From Alphaproteobacteria bacterium (GTDB taxonomy: Bacteria; Pseudomonadota; Alphaproteobacteria; UBA828): 64,000 nt of DNA. A program made the translations under genes and the position numbers. Below are positions 35,781-46,022 of this stretch, in pieces. Where the stretch lies: the NCBI GenBank assembly GCA_965237415.1, contig CBDEFM010000002.1:3424001-3488000 (forward strand). The letters are read 5' to 3'. Under the pieces are notes generated by a model that saw only the letters and a list, made by a program, of their open reading frames with translations, did no database searches and was not told the origin of the DNA. Each line of letters opens with the position of its first letter. Position 1 is the stretch's first letter.

Positions 35781-37313
35781 TCAGCCCTCCGCCTCCAGCT
35801 CTTCGCGGAGGGTGCGCTTCAGCACCTTGCCGTAGTTGTTCTTGGGCAGGCCGTCCACGATGCGGTAGTCCCTCGGCCGCTTGAAGCGGGCGATGCTCTC
35901 CAGGCAGAGCCGGTCGAGCCGCTCACCGGTGACGCTCCGCCCGTCGTGCGGCACGACGAAGGCGACCACCTCTTCGCCCCACTCGGGATGCGCGCGCCCG
36001 ACGACCGCGGCCTCGCGCACCGCCTCGTCCCGCAGCAGGACCTCCTCGATCTCGCGCGGATAGATGTTGGTCCCGCCGGAGATGATCATGTCCTTGGCGC
36101 GGTCGAGCAGGGTGAGGAAGCCGTCCTCGTCGAAGCGGCCGACATCGCCGGTGTGCAGCCAGCCGCCCTTGAGCGCGCTCGCGGTGGCCTCGGGGTTCTC
36201 CCAGTAGCCCGGCATCACCACGTCGCCGCGCACGATGATTTCGCCGCTCTCGCCCGCCGGCAGCGGGCGGTCGTCTTCGCCCACGACGCGCACCTCGACG
36301 TCGGTCCGCGCGATCCCGGCCGAGCCGAGGCGTTCGCCGAAGCGGGGGTGGGCGCCGTCGGCATGATAGGCCTGGGACAGCGCGGTGATGGTCATCGGGG
36401 CCTCGCCCTGGCCATAGATCTGGGCGAGCTTGGGGCCGAAGGCGGCGAGCGCGCGCTCCACGTCCGCGACGTACATCGGGCCGCCGCCATAGATGATGAG
36501 GTCGAGGTTGGTTGTATCGGCGTTGCTGAGCGCCGGGCTATCCAGCAGCCGCACCACCATGGTGGGGGCTGCGAACATGCTGAGCCCAGGGTGGCATTCT
36601 ATCAGGCTCAACACCTCTGCCGGCTCGAAGCCGCCGCTCTCGGGGATCACGTTGTTGGCGCCCTTGGCGATGAAGGGGAGCGCGTAGAGGCCCGAGCCGT
36701 GGGAGAGCGGTGCCGCGTGGAGCACGCAATCGGCGGCCGTGACCGGGTTGAGATCGGCGAAATAGCTCAGTGTCATCACCAGCAGATTGCGATGCGTGAT
36801 GGTGGCGCCCTTGGGTCGGCCGGTGGTGCCGCTGGTGTAGAAGAGCCAGGCGGGGTCGTCCGGCTCAGCCGCCGCGGGGTCTGCCGGATCATGGTCGAGC
36901 ATGGCGCGGTAATCGTCCGAACCAGCGACGAGCGGCGGCGCGAGCCCCGGCGCGTCAGCGCGGACGCTCTCGATCCCCTCCGCGTGGCCCTCGTCGGTGA
37001 TGCAGAGCCGGGATCCCGAATTGCCGAGGATGTAGGCGACCTCGCGCGGGTGCAGCTTGGCATTGACGGGGACCGCGACGAGGCCCGCGTACCAGATGCC
37101 GAACAGCGCTTCGAGGTAGTCCGGCCGGTTCGCCATGACGATGGCCACCCGATCGCCGGCAGCGAGCCCGTGATCGGCCCGGAGCGCACCCGCGATCGCG
37201 CCGGCGCGCCGGTCGAGCTCGCCGTAGCGCGTGGCAACCGCACTGCCGAGGGATACCGCCGGCCGTTCGGGCAGGGTCCGTGCTGACTTCGCCAACAGCG
37301 CTGCGATGTTCAT
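35781..37313 (-). CDS. AMP-dependent acyl-CoA synthetase
   Basis: [34 protein letters not shown]. Confidence 0.93.
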   Translation of the reverse strand: MNIAALLAKSARTLPERPAVSLGSAVATRYGELDRRAGAIAGALRADHGLAAGDRVAIVMANRPDYLEALFGIWYAGLVAVPVNAKLHPREVAYILGNSGSRLCITDEGHAEGIESVRADAPGLAPPLVAGSDDYRAMLDHDPADPAAAEPDDPAWLFYTSGTTGRPKGATITHRNLLVMTLSYFADLNPVTAADCVLHAAPLSHGSGLYALPFIAKGANNVIPESGGFEPAEVLSLIECHPGLSMFAAPTMVVRLLDSPALSNADTTNLDLIIYGGGPMYVADVERALAAFGPKLAQIYGQGEAPMTITALSQAYHADGAHPRFGERLGSAGIARTDVEVRVVGEDDRPLPAGESGEIIVRGDVVMPGYWENPEATASALKGGWLHTGDVGRFDEDGFLTLLDRAKDMIISGGTNIYPREIEEVLLRDEAVREAAVVGRAHPEWGEEVVAFVVPHDGRSVTGERLDRLCLESIARFKRPRDYRIVDGLPKNNYGKVLKRTLREELEAEG

Positions 37314-37406
37314 TGCTAAGCCCCGCTCCCTTTCTCCCGCGTGGCCGTCATCCTATACCGGCGGGGCGGGGGCGAGGCTACATCCGAACCCGTGCGCGCT
37401 GACAAT

Positions 37407-37425
37407 CGTCATAGTGCATATTACG
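37407..37425 (+). promoter_or_regulatory. Putative HigA operator overlapping the TA promoter
   Basis: Imperfect dyad CGTCATA-GTGCA-TATTACG just downstream of TGACAA and just upstream of the toxin ATG. Confidence 0.45.
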
Positions 37426-37432
37426 GCCATCC

Positions 37433-37711
37433 ATGATACGGAGCTTCAGAAGCCGCGCGCTTCGGCGCTTCGCAGAACGCGGAGACGAGCGGCGCATCCA
37501 CGCCGAGCATCGGGAGACCGTACGGGACATCCTGGTGCGCCTCAACGCCTCCGCCGCGCCGGAGGACATGGATCTGCCCGGCTTCCGGCTTCACCGGCTG
37601 AAGGGAGACTATGCCGGATTCTGGTCCGTCACGGTGCGCGCCAACTGGCGCGTGATCTTCCGCTTCCAGGACGGTCACGCCGTCGATGTCGACTATCTCG
37701 ACTACCACTAG
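37433..37711 (+). CDS. higB: HigB (RelE/ParE family) toxin
   Basis: MIRSFR...LHRLKGD...[15 protein letters not shown]...DYH. Confidence 0.92.
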   Translation: MIRSFRSRALRRFAERGDERRIHAEHRETVRDILVRLNASAAPEDMDLPGFRLHRLKGDYAGFWSVTVRANWRVIFRFQDGHAVDVDYLDYH

Positions 37712-37723
37712 AGGGGTTCCGCG

Positions 37724-38011
37724 ATGCTGGTGCACAACCCGCCCCACCCCGGCGCCTTCATCAGGCGCCAGTGCCTCGAACCCCTCGGACTGACGGTGAC
37801 CGAAGCAGCCAAGGGTCTCGCGGTGTCGCGCAACACGCTGTCCATGCTGCTCAACGGCCGTATCGGGATTTCTCCCGAGATGGCGATCCGATTGTCCCAA
37901 GCCTTCGGCGGCAGCCCGGAGAGCTGGTTGCAGCAGCAGATGCAATACGATCTCTGGCACGCTCAGCGAAACCGGGAAGACGTCGCAATTCGCAAATTCG
38001 TCGCCGCCTGA
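37724..38011 (+). CDS. higA: HigA antitoxin
   Basis: [28 protein letters not shown]. Confidence 0.92.
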   Translation: MLVHNPPHPGAFIRRQCLEPLGLTVTEAAKGLAVSRNTLSMLLNGRIGISPEMAIRLSQAFGGSPESWLQQQMQYDLWHAQRNREDVAIRKFVAA

Positions 38012-38175
38012 GCGCGGCCGGTCGACGCCCGGACATCGGAGCGGGCGTTTCTTCCGAGGTCTGGCTGCCCGGCGGCCGCGCGGGAGCGCGAGAGCGCGGC
38101 ACAAACGCTTTGTCCGCCGTGCCGGTCGCGGTTATTCTTCCAGCGAAACGTGACCAACGGGTCGGGAGGGGCAGC

Positions 38176-38649
38176 GTGGCCCAAGCGCAGGTCAAGATCA
38201 CGGTCAACGGCGAGCAGGTGGCGCGCGAGGTGTCCACCCGCACCCTGCTTGTCGAGTTTCTGCGCTACGATCTCGGCCTCACCGGCACCCATGTCGGCTG
38301 CGACACGAGCCAGTGCGGCGCGTGCAACGTCCATGTCGACGGCCAATGCGTGAAGGCCTGCACGATGCTCGCGGTCCAGGCGGACGGCGCGGACGTGCTG
38401 ACCATCGAGGGTGTGGCCGACGGCGATACGCTCCATCCCATGCAGGCGGCGTTCAAGGAGCACCATGCGCTGCAATGCGGCTTCTGCACGCCCGGCATGG
38501 TGATGAGCGCGCTCGACCTGGTGAAGCGGAACGAGAAGCCGAGCGAGGCAGAGATTCGTACCTATCTGGAGGGCAATTTCTGCCGTTGTACCGGTTACCA
38601 CAATATCGTGAAGGCCATCGCCGCGGGCGCCGAGGCGATGGCGGGCTAG
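38176..38649 (+). CDS. CoxS-like 2x[2Fe-2S] small subunit of molybdenum hydroxylases, orphan
   Basis: [24 protein letters not shown]; GTG after GGAGG. Confidence 0.92.
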   Translation: MAQAQVKITVNGEQVAREVSTRTLLVEFLRYDLGLTGTHVGCDTSQCGACNVHVDGQCVKACTMLAVQADGADVLTIEGVADGDTLHPMQAAFKEHHALQCGFCTPGMVMSALDLVKRNEKPSEAEIRTYLEGNFCRCTGYHNIVKAIAAGAEAMAG

Positions 38650-38741
38650 GGAGTGAAGGCGCACATTGCCCGGTGCAAGGCGGGCTTCAAGTAGTGTAGA
38701 GTGTCAGTGAGCGCCTGAGGGGCGCGGCGGAGGTTACGAAC

Positions 38742-39221
38742 GTGCAGAAATCGCTTCATATCGACCCGGACAAATGTACCGGCTGCCTGCAGTGCGAGCT
38801 GGCGTGTTCCCATGTGAACGAAGGGGTGTTCAACCCCGCCAAGTCCCGCATCAAGGTGTTCAACTTCCACGACGAGGGGCGGATGGTCCCCTATACCTGC
38901 ACCCAGTGCGACGAGGCGTGGTGCATGCAGGCCTGCCCGGTCGATGCGATCACGCTCGACGCCGCGACCGGCGCCAAGGTGGTCTCCGATTCGCTCTGCG
39001 TGGGCTGCAAGGTCTGTACCATCGCCTGCCCCTTCGGGACCGTGAATTACAACGCGTCCACCGGCAAGGTGATCAAGTGCGATCTCTGCGGCGGCGACCC
39101 TGAGTGCGCCAAGGCCTGCCCGACGGCGGCGATCACCTATGTGGACGCGAACTGGACCGGCCTCGACAGGATGCGCCAGTGGGCGGCCAAGACCGACGCC
39201 GGCGCGCAGGCCGAGGCTTAG
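38742..39221 (+). CDS. aorA: 4x[4Fe-4S] ferredoxin subunit of AOR
   Basis: CTGCLQCELAC, CTQC...CMQACP, CVGCKVCTIACP, CDLC...CAKACP. Confidence 0.9.
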   Translation: MQKSLHIDPDKCTGCLQCELACSHVNEGVFNPAKSRIKVFNFHDEGRMVPYTCTQCDEAWCMQACPVDAITLDAATGAKVVSDSLCVGCKVCTIACPFGTVNYNASTGKVIKCDLCGGDPECAKACPTAAITYVDANWTGLDRMRQWAAKTDAGAQAEA

Positions 39222-39233
39222 GGAGGGTTTGTC

Positions 39234-41078
39234 ATGGCGTGGGCAAGGAACATTCTGCGGGTGAACCTCACCGAGGGCACCTGCAAGAACGAGCCGTTGA
39301 ACATGGAATGGGCCCAGAAGTACCTGGGCCAGCGCGGGCTTGCGACCAAGTATCTGGTGGAGGAGACCGACCCGCGAGTCGATCCCCTCTCGCCTGACAA
39401 CAAGATGATCATGACGACCGGCCCGTTGACCGGTACGTGCGCGTCGACGGCGGGGCGCTATTCGGTCGTGACCAAGGGCGCGCTCACCGGCGCGATTGCG
39501 TGCTCGAACTCGGGCGGCTTCTTCGGCAACGAGATGAAGAACGCCGGCTACGACATGATCATCTTCGAGGGCCGGGCGCCGAACCCCGTCTACCTCCTGA
39601 TGGAGAACGACAATATCCAACTGATCGACGCCAGCGAGTTCTGGGGCAAGTCGGTCTGGGATACCGAGGAGGGGATCAAGGCCAAGCATCAGGACCCGCT
39701 GATCCGCGTCGCCTCCATCGGTATCGCCGGCGAGAAGGGCGTCAAGTACGCCTGTGTGGTGAACGACATGCACCGGGCCGCCGGGCGCTCCGGCGTCGGC
39801 ACGGTGATGGGGTCGAAGAACCTCAAGGCGGTGGCGATCCGCGGGACCCTCGGCGTCAAGGTCGAAGATGCCGGTGCCTTCATGCAGGCAACGTCCGAGG
39901 GCAAGAAGATCCTTGCGGACAATGCCGTCACCGGCCAGGGCCTGCCGGCCTACGGCACCCAGGTGCTGATGAACGTCATCAACGAGGTCGGCGCGCTGCC
40001 GACCCACAACCATCGGGACGTGCAGTTCGATGGCGCCAAGAACATCTCGGCCGAGGCGATGGCCGAGCTGCGCGCCGACGGCAAGCCCAACCTGGTGACC
40101 AACGCCGCCTGCTTCGGCTGCACCATCGGCTGCGGGCGCATCTCCACGGTCGAGCGCACCCACTACACGGTGGCCGAGCGGCCGCAGTATCAGATCGCCT
40201 CCGGCGGCCTCGAATACGAGGCGGCCTGGGCGCTGGGCGCTGCCACCGGTGTGGACGATCTCGACGCTCTGACCTTCGCCAACTTCATCTGCAACGAGCA
40301 GGGGATCGACCCGATCTCCTTCGGTGCCACCGTCGGCGCCGCGATGGAGCTCTATGAAGAGGGCGCCATCGGCGACGAGCAGACCGGCGGTCTCGAGGTC
40401 AAGTTCGGTTCCGCCAAGGCGCTGACCGATCTCGCCGAGCTCACCGGTAAGGGCGAGGGCTTCGGTGCCGAGATCGGCCTCGGCTCCAAGCGGCTCTGCG
40501 AGAAGTACGGCAGGCCGGAGCTTTCGATGTCGGTCAAGGGCCAGGAGTTCCCGGCCTACGATTCGCGCGGCATCCAGGGCATGGGCCTCGCCTACGCCAC
40601 GGCGAACCGGGGCGCCTGCCATCTGCGGGCCTACACCGTCTCGTCCGAGATTCTGGGCGTGCCGGAGAAGACCGACCCGCATGTGACCGAGGGCAAGGCC
40701 GGCCTGGTGAAAGCGTTCCAGGACGCGACCTCCGCGGTTGATTCGTCGGGGCTTTGCGTCTTCACGACCTTCGCGTGGTCGCTCGACGACATTGCGCCGC
40801 AGATAAACGCGGCCTGCGAGGGCGAATGGACCGCCGAGCGGCTGCTGGAAGTCGGCGAGCGGATCTGGAACCTGGAGCGGCAGTACAACAATGCGGCGGG
40901 CTTCACGGGCAAGGACGATACTCTGCCTGCGCGCCTCTTGAAGGACGCGGCGAAGACCGGCCCGGCCGAAGGTCTTACCAACGGCCTCGACAAGATGCTG
41001 CCGGAATACTACGAGGTGCGCGGCTGGACCGACGACGGCGTGCCCAGCAACGAAACGGTGGAGCGCCTCGCGCTCTAA
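39234..41078 (+). CDS. aorB: Aldehyde:ferredoxin oxidoreductase (W-bis-pterin AOR family), catalytic subunit
   Basis: ILRVNL, AGRSGVGTVMGSKNLKA, CFGCTIGC, EYE, RGACH, YYEVRGW. Confidence 0.95.
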   Translation: MAWARNILRVNLTEGTCKNEPLNMEWAQKYLGQRGLATKYLVEETDPRVDPLSPDNKMIMTTGPLTGTCASTAGRYSVVTKGALTGAIACSNSGGFFGNEMKNAGYDMIIFEGRAPNPVYLLMENDNIQLIDASEFWGKSVWDTEEGIKAKHQDPLIRVASIGIAGEKGVKYACVVNDMHRAAGRSGVGTVMGSKNLKAVAIRGTLGVKVEDAGAFMQATSEGKKILADNAVTGQGLPAYGTQVLMNVINEVGALPTHNHRDVQFDGAKNISAEAMAELRADGKPNLVTNAACFGCTIGCGRISTVERTHYTVAERPQYQIASGGLEYEAAWALGAATGVDDLDALTFANFICNEQGIDPISFGATVGAAMELYEEGAIGDEQTGGLEVKFGSAKALTDLAELTGKGEGFGAEIGLGSKRLCEKYGRPELSMSVKGQEFPAYDSRGIQGMGLAYATANRGACHLRAYTVSSEILGVPEKTDPHVTEGKAGLVKAFQDATSAVDSSGLCVFTTFAWSLDDIAPQINAACEGEWTAERLLEVGERIWNLERQYNNAAGFTGKDDTLPARLLKDAAKTGPAEGLTNGLDKMLPEYYEVRGWTDDGVPSNETVERLAL

Positions 41079-41080
41079 CC

Positions 41081-41186
41081 CGTATCATTCGTCATTCTCG
41101 TGACGGCGGGGGGCCGCGCGCACCGACAAGGGCGCCGGCCCCCCGGCTTGCATCGGGGGTGGCGGGAATGAACGAGATGAAACGAG
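41081..41186. repeat. Degenerate REP-like palindrome between aorB and aorC
   Basis: TCATTCTCG pairs with CGGGAATGA; resembles GTCATTCCCGCG...CGCGGGAATGAC elements. Confidence 0.4.
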
Positions 41187-41250
41187 CCGGGTCGGGCCGC
41201 GCAGGTGCGCGTGCCGCAGGAACGGCGCAAAGAGCCAAGCGGGAGCCAAC

Positions 41251-42498
41251 ATGCAGCATGTGATCGTGGGTGCCGGCCCGGCCGGCGTGGTCGCTGCCGA
41301 AACCTTGCGGAAGGGAGACCGGGCCGCCGACATCGTCCTGATCGGCGACGAGCCGGAGCCGCCCTATTCGCGGATGGCAATTCCCTATGTCCTCGAAGGC
41401 ATGATCGAGCAGAGCGGGACCTACCTGCGCAAGTCAGACGGGCACTATGAGGGGCTCGGCATCCAGTATCGGCAGGGGCGGGTAGAATCCGTGGCGGCAG
41501 GGGACGGCACGCTCACCCTCAGCGGCGGCGACAAGGTCTCCTACGACCGCCTGTTGATCGCCACAGGCGCGACGCCGCTGAGCCCGCCGGTGCCGGGCCG
41601 AGATTTGCCCGGCGTGCACAACTGCTGGACGTTGGCGGACTGCCGCGGGATCGCGGAGCTGCTGAACGCCGAGGCCAACGTCGTGCTCATCGGCGCCGGC
41701 TTCATCGGCTGCATCATTTTGGAGGCGCTCGCCAAGCGCTGCGGCACGCTCACCGTGGTGGAGATGGAAGAGCGCATGGTCTCGCGCATGATGGACGAGA
41801 CCGCAGGCGGCATGCTGGAACGCTGGTGCGCGACCAAGAGCATTCGGGTGCTCACCTCGACGCGGGTCGCCGCAATCGAGGCCGCGACCGGCACGGACGG
41901 CGACAAGGCCGTGGTGCTCGACAGCGGCGAGAAGCTCCAGGCTCATCTGGTCGTGCTCGCCGTCGGCGTCGCGCCGAATATCGGCTTCCTCGAAGGGAGC
42001 GGGATCAAGACCGAACACGGCGTGCTCGTCGATCAGCACCTGGAGACGAGCGCCGAAGGCGTGTTCGCCGCCGGCGATGTGGCCCAGGGCCTCGATTTCT
42101 CCACCGGCGAATACTCGGTGCACGCGATCCAGCCGACCGCGACCGAGCACGGCCGCATCGCGGCGCTCAACATGCTGGGGCGTCATGCCCACTACAAGGG
42201 CAGCCTCAACATGAACGTGCTCGCCACGGTGGGCCTGGTTTCCAGCTCGTTCGGCAGCTGGGACGGCGTTGCCGGCGGCGATAGCGGCGTCGCCGTGGAC
42301 GAGGACGGATACAAGTACCTCCGGCTCGAATTCGACGGCGACCAACTGGTCGGCGCGCTCGGCATCGGGCTTACCGATCATGTCGGCGTGATCCGCGGCC
42401 TGATCCAGAACCAGACGGCGCTTGCCGACTGGAAGGGAAGGCTGCTGGAGAACCCGCACCGCGTGATGGAGGCCTACGTCGCCCACAGCCAGGTTTGA
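41251..42498 (+). CDS. aorC: FAD/NAD-dependent oxidoreductase subunit of AOR
   Basis: GAGPAG, PYSR, ATG, GAGFIG, FAAGD. Confidence 0.88.
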   Translation: MQHVIVGAGPAGVVAAETLRKGDRAADIVLIGDEPEPPYSRMAIPYVLEGMIEQSGTYLRKSDGHYEGLGIQYRQGRVESVAAGDGTLTLSGGDKVSYDRLLIATGATPLSPPVPGRDLPGVHNCWTLADCRGIAELLNAEANVVLIGAGFIGCIILEALAKRCGTLTVVEMEERMVSRMMDETAGGMLERWCATKSIRVLTSTRVAAIEAATGTDGDKAVVLDSGEKLQAHLVVLAVGVAPNIGFLEGSGIKTEHGVLVDQHLETSAEGVFAAGDVAQGLDFSTGEYSVHAIQPTATEHGRIAALNMLGRHAHYKGSLNMNVLATVGLVSSSFGSWDGVAGGDSGVAVDEDGYKYLRLEFDGDQLVGALGIGLTDHVGVIRGLIQNQTALADWKGRLLENPHRVMEAYVAHSQV

Positions 42499-42554
42499 AC
42501 GGCGACGGCAGCGGTGACGGGGGCGATGGCGGCGACGCCAGCCGTGAAGACGCC

Positions 42555-42806
42555 ATGAAGGTGAGCGTCAAGCTCTACGCGCTCTTGAGCGACTATCTCC
42601 CCGCCGGTGCCGTGGACAACCAGGTCGAGCTCGAACTTCCCGAAGGGACGACGCCGGAAGACGTCTTCGCCAAGTTCAATCTGCCCCGCCAGTACTGCTC
42701 CATCGTGCTGGTGAACGGCGTCTACGTGGAGCCGAGCGAGCGCGGCTCCCTCGCGCTGGGCGAGAACGACACGCTGGCGATCTGGCCGCCCGTGGCCGGC
42801 GGCTGA
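42555..42806 (+). CDS. aorD: MoaD/ThiS family sulfur carrier
   Basis: VKLYA...LVNG...IWPPVAGG* di-glycine terminus. Confidence 0.88.
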   Translation: MKVSVKLYALLSDYLPAGAVDNQVELELPEGTTPEDVFAKFNLPRQYCSIVLVNGVYVEPSERGSLALGENDTLAIWPPVAGG

Positions 42807-42861
42807 GCTGCCGACCCGGCGGCGAGCCCCCGGCGCGCACGCCCCAGCGCGAGCCGCATCC

Positions 42862-43161
42862 GTGCCCGAGACGACGACCGAGACGCTCACCGTCGAGAAG
42901 GAGATGGCGATCGAGCGCCACGAGTTCCGGCGCACGCTGCGCCGCGCACTGCCGGAGGCCCGAATCGCCGAGGACGGCGACGCGATCACGGTTCGCGAGG
43001 GCCAGGGTACGCTGGAGATCACGCTCTCGTCCGAGCGCGAGCGCCGCATCGGCCTGCTCGCGTTGCCGGTTATCACGGCGCGGTTCCACTACAGCGGCTA
43101 TGCCGATCCCGCCGGGCACCTCGCCCGGCTCGACATCTCCTTCCAGCGGGGCGGCGGGTAG
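42862..43161 (+). CDS. aorE: Small AOR-associated protein ending in GGG
   Basis: EM...EFRRTL...RRIGLLALP...FQRGGG*; fifth gene of the aor cluster. Confidence 0.7.
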   Translation: MPETTTETLTVEKEMAIERHEFRRTLRRALPEARIAEDGDAITVREGQGTLEITLSSERERRIGLLALPVITARFHYSGYADPAGHLARLDISFQRGGG

Positions 43162-43239
43162 ACCCATCGCGCGTTGCGCTTGCCGCGCTTTCCGTCCACC
43201 ATTCGGGATCGCCACAAGAAGCGGATGGAGGGACTGGGA

Positions 43240-43683
43240 ATGGCTTACACGCGAGCGAAGGTCGTCGAGGAGATCAGCGCGACGGCTGACCGTGTCTTCG
43301 GCGAGATCGGGGCCTTCAACAATCTGCCCGTGATCATGGCCGGCACCATCACGAGGAGCACGCTCGACAGGAAAGGCGTGGTGCGGACACTCAGGATCAA
43401 GGGGATGAAGGGCTCGCTCGACGAGAGCCTGCTGAAGTACGACACGGCGGCGCGCGTGCAGATCTATACGATCACCGCCGACCCGAACGACTTGGCGCCC
43501 TTCAACGATTACACCGCCACGATCAAGGTGAAGCCGATCACCTCGCGGCGCTCTGGGGTCGAATGGACCAGCCGCTTCGTGCCGAAGAGGGGCAAGACCA
43601 AGGCGGAATGCATCGAGTTCGCGGAGGGCATCTACCGCCTCGGAATCCAGGGCACCAGGGATGTGCTCGGGGTCAAGAAATAG
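43240..43683 (+). CDS. SRPBCC/polyketide cyclase (MxaD-like) protein
   Basis: EISATADRVF..IGAF, GVVRTL, Y.ATIKV...VEW...F. Confidence 0.8.
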   Translation: MAYTRAKVVEEISATADRVFGEIGAFNNLPVIMAGTITRSTLDRKGVVRTLRIKGMKGSLDESLLKYDTAARVQIYTITADPNDLAPFNDYTATIKVKPITSRRSGVEWTSRFVPKRGKTKAECIEFAEGIYRLGIQGTRDVLGVKK

Positions 43684-43714
43684 CGCACACCGAGGCGTAC
43701 CGCAGCCGCGCCGG

Positions 43715-44467
43715 TCAACGGCGCGGCGGGGGATAGATCACCGCTTCGAGGTAGAGACCCGAGGCCGGGGCCGTCGGGCCGCTCAGGCTCCGGTCGCGGG
43801 CAGCGAGCGCGGCACCGACATCGGCGGGCGTCCGCCGGCCTTCGCCGACCTCGACCAGGGTCCCCACCATCGCGCGCACCTGGTGGTGGAGGAAGGACCG
43901 CGCCCAGGCACGGATCGCGATCTCCTCTCCGCTGCGGGTGACGGCGAGGCTCTGCAGGGTACGGACCGGCGAGGCCGCCTGACACTGGGCGGCGCGAAAG
44001 GTCGTGAAGTCGTGGGTGCCTTCGAGCAGACGCGCGGCCTCGGCCATGGCATGGAAGTCGAGCGGGCGGGGCAGGTGCCAGGCGCGCTTGTGCGCGAGTG
44101 CGAGCGGCGCCTTGCGATTGACGATCCGGTAGAGATAGACGCGCGCCGTGGCATCGCGCCTCGCATCGAAGGTGGGCGGTGCCTCCGCGGCGTCGAGGAC
44201 GGTGACCCGCGCTGGTCTCAAGTGCGCGTTGAGCGCGTCGCGCAGCACCTCGGGCGCGGCCTGCTTGGCGAGGTCCAGGTGGCAGCATTGGCCGAGCGCG
44301 TGAACGCCGGAATCGGTGCGCCCTGCGCCATGCACCCTGACCCGCTCGCCGCAGAAGCGCTCGACCGCGCGTTCCAGCGCCTCTTGCACCGACCGCCCGT
44401 CGCCCTGGTACTGCCAGCCGACGAAGCCGGTGCCGTCGTATTCGAGGGTCAGCTTGTAGCGGGGCAT
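43715..44467 (-). CDS. truA: tRNA pseudouridine(38-40) synthase
   Basis: EYDGTGFVGWQ, GAGRTDSGVHA, HDFTTFR, FLHHQVR. Confidence 0.97.
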   Translation of the reverse strand: MPRYKLTLEYDGTGFVGWQYQGDGRSVQEALERAVERFCGERVRVHGAGRTDSGVHALGQCCHLDLAKQAAPEVLRDALNAHLRPARVTVLDAAEAPPTFDARRDATARVYLYRIVNRKAPLALAHKRAWHLPRPLDFHAMAEAARLLEGTHDFTTFRAAQCQAASPVRTLQSLAVTRSGEEIAIRAWARSFLHHQVRAMVGTLVEVGEGRRTPADVGAALAARDRSLSGPTAPASGLYLEAVIYPPPRR

Positions 44468-45396
44468 GGGAGTTGCGTGCCGGCCTCGATCGGCCGACCC
44501 CGGAGGAAGGCGTCCGTCCCCATCGGCGTCTTGCCGGCGCGCTGCAGGCGTGTCGGGCGCAGTGCCGAATCACCGCCGCAGGCAATGGTGAGTGCCTCGT
44601 CGATGACTGTTCCCGGCGGCGCCTCCACAACCGGGCTCGCCTCCGTCGCGGCCAGAACCTTGATGCGCTCGCCGCCATGGCTGAACCAGGCGCCGGGAGC
44701 CGGCGCGAGCGCGCGAACCGTGCGCTCGATGTGCCTTGCCGGCGCGCGCCAGTCGATGGCGGCCTCGTGTTTCTCCAACTTAGCCGCGTAGGTCGCCCCG
44801 CCGCTCGGCTGCGGCGTTTCCGCGAGCGTTCCCGCCGCAAGGGCGTCGATTGCGTCCACCACCAGCCGGGCTGAAAGGGCGGCGAGCGTGTCGTGGAGCA
44901 TACCGCCGGTGGTCTCAGGTCCAATGGGCACCGCCTCCGCGGCCAGGATGGGGCCGGTGTCGAGACCTTCGTCCATTCGCATGATGGTGACGCCCGACTC
45001 TTCGTCGCCCGCCATGATCGCACGCTGGATCGGCGCGGCGCCGCGCCAGCGCGGCAGCAGCGAAGCATGGGCATTGATGCAGCCGAGCCTCGGCGCGGCA
45101 AGCACGGCCGGCGGCAGGATCAGGCCGTAGGCGACCGTGACCGCGAGGTCCGCACCGAGCGCCGCGAACGCCGTCTGCGCCTCCTCGCGCTTCAAGCTCG
45201 GCGGAGTCCTGACCGGAAACCCCGCAGCCTCGGCGCGCACCGCCACCGGCGTCGGCCGCACCTTGCGGCCGCGCTCCGCTGCGCGCGGCGGCTGGGTGTA
45301 GACAGCGGCGATGGAATGGCCGCTCGCGCAGAGCGCGTCGAGGGTAGGAACCGCATAGGCCGGCGTTCCCATGAACACCAGCCTGAGCGGCTTCAT
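44449..45396 (-). CDS. fmt: Methionyl-tRNA formyltransferase
   Basis: FMGTP, YTQPPR, HASLLPRWRGAAPIQ, GLDTG. Confidence 0.97.
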   Translation of the reverse strand: MKPLRLVFMGTPAYAVPTLDALCASGHSIAAVYTQPPRAAERGRKVRPTPVAVRAEAAGFPVRTPPSLKREEAQTAFAALGADLAVTVAYGLILPPAVLAAPRLGCINAHASLLPRWRGAAPIQRAIMAGDEESGVTIMRMDEGLDTGPILAAEAVPIGPETTGGMLHDTLAALSARLVVDAIDALAAGTLAETPQPSGGATYAAKLEKHEAAIDWRAPARHIERTVRALAPAPGAWFSHGGERIKVLAATEASPVVEAPPGTVIDEALTIACGGDSALRPTRLQRAGKTPMGTDAFLRGRPIEAGTQLPCPATS

Positions 45397-45436
45397 GACC
45401 TTCCGCGCAGGCGGGGACCGGCTCGCGACGGAAACC

Positions 45437-45955
45437 TCAGGCGCCGGCAGCGGTGCGGCGCGCCTTGGTCAACTTGCGCAGGATGATGCTGCGCTTGACC
45501 AGCGACAGGTAGTCCACGAAGAGCACCCCCTCCAGATGGTCGATCTCGTGCTGGAGGCAAACGGCGAGCGTGCCGACGGCCGTCAGCTCCTGAGAGGCCC
45601 CGGTTTCGTCCTGGTAGGCCACCGTCACCGACGCCGGCCGCTCCACTTCCGCATAGTGTTCGGGGAAGGAGAGGCAGCCTTCCTCGAGGCTCACGCGCTC
45701 GTCCGAACGCCATACGATCTCTGGATTGACCAGCTTGAGCGGTGCCGGCGGCTCGTCCGCCATGTGCACATCGGTCACGATGCAGCGCCTGGGCTCGCCG
45801 ATCTGGATGGCGGCGAGGCCGATGCCGTCTGAGGCGCACATCGTCTCCAGCATGTCGTCGAGGAGCGCGCGCACCTCATCGTCGACGACGTCGACTGGCG
45901 CGGAGCGCGCCTTCAGCCGCTTGTCGGGCGCGGTGATGATCGGGCGTTTGGCCAT
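45437..45955 (-). CDS. def: Peptide deformylase
   Basis: GIGLAAIQ, EGCLS, QHEIDHL. Confidence 0.97.
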   Translation of the reverse strand: MAKRPIITAPDKRLKARSAPVDVVDDEVRALLDDMLETMCASDGIGLAAIQIGEPRRCIVTDVHMADEPPAPLKLVNPEIVWRSDERVSLEEGCLSFPEHYAEVERPASVTVAYQDETGASQELTAVGTLAVCLQHEIDHLEGVLFVDYLSLVKRSIILRKLTKARRTAAGA

Positions 45956-46022
45956 CGCTGTGCGCGTAAGCAGAGCCGTTGCTTAGCTAAGACCGCGCAC
46001 AGCCGAGGTCAAGTGGCCGCAC

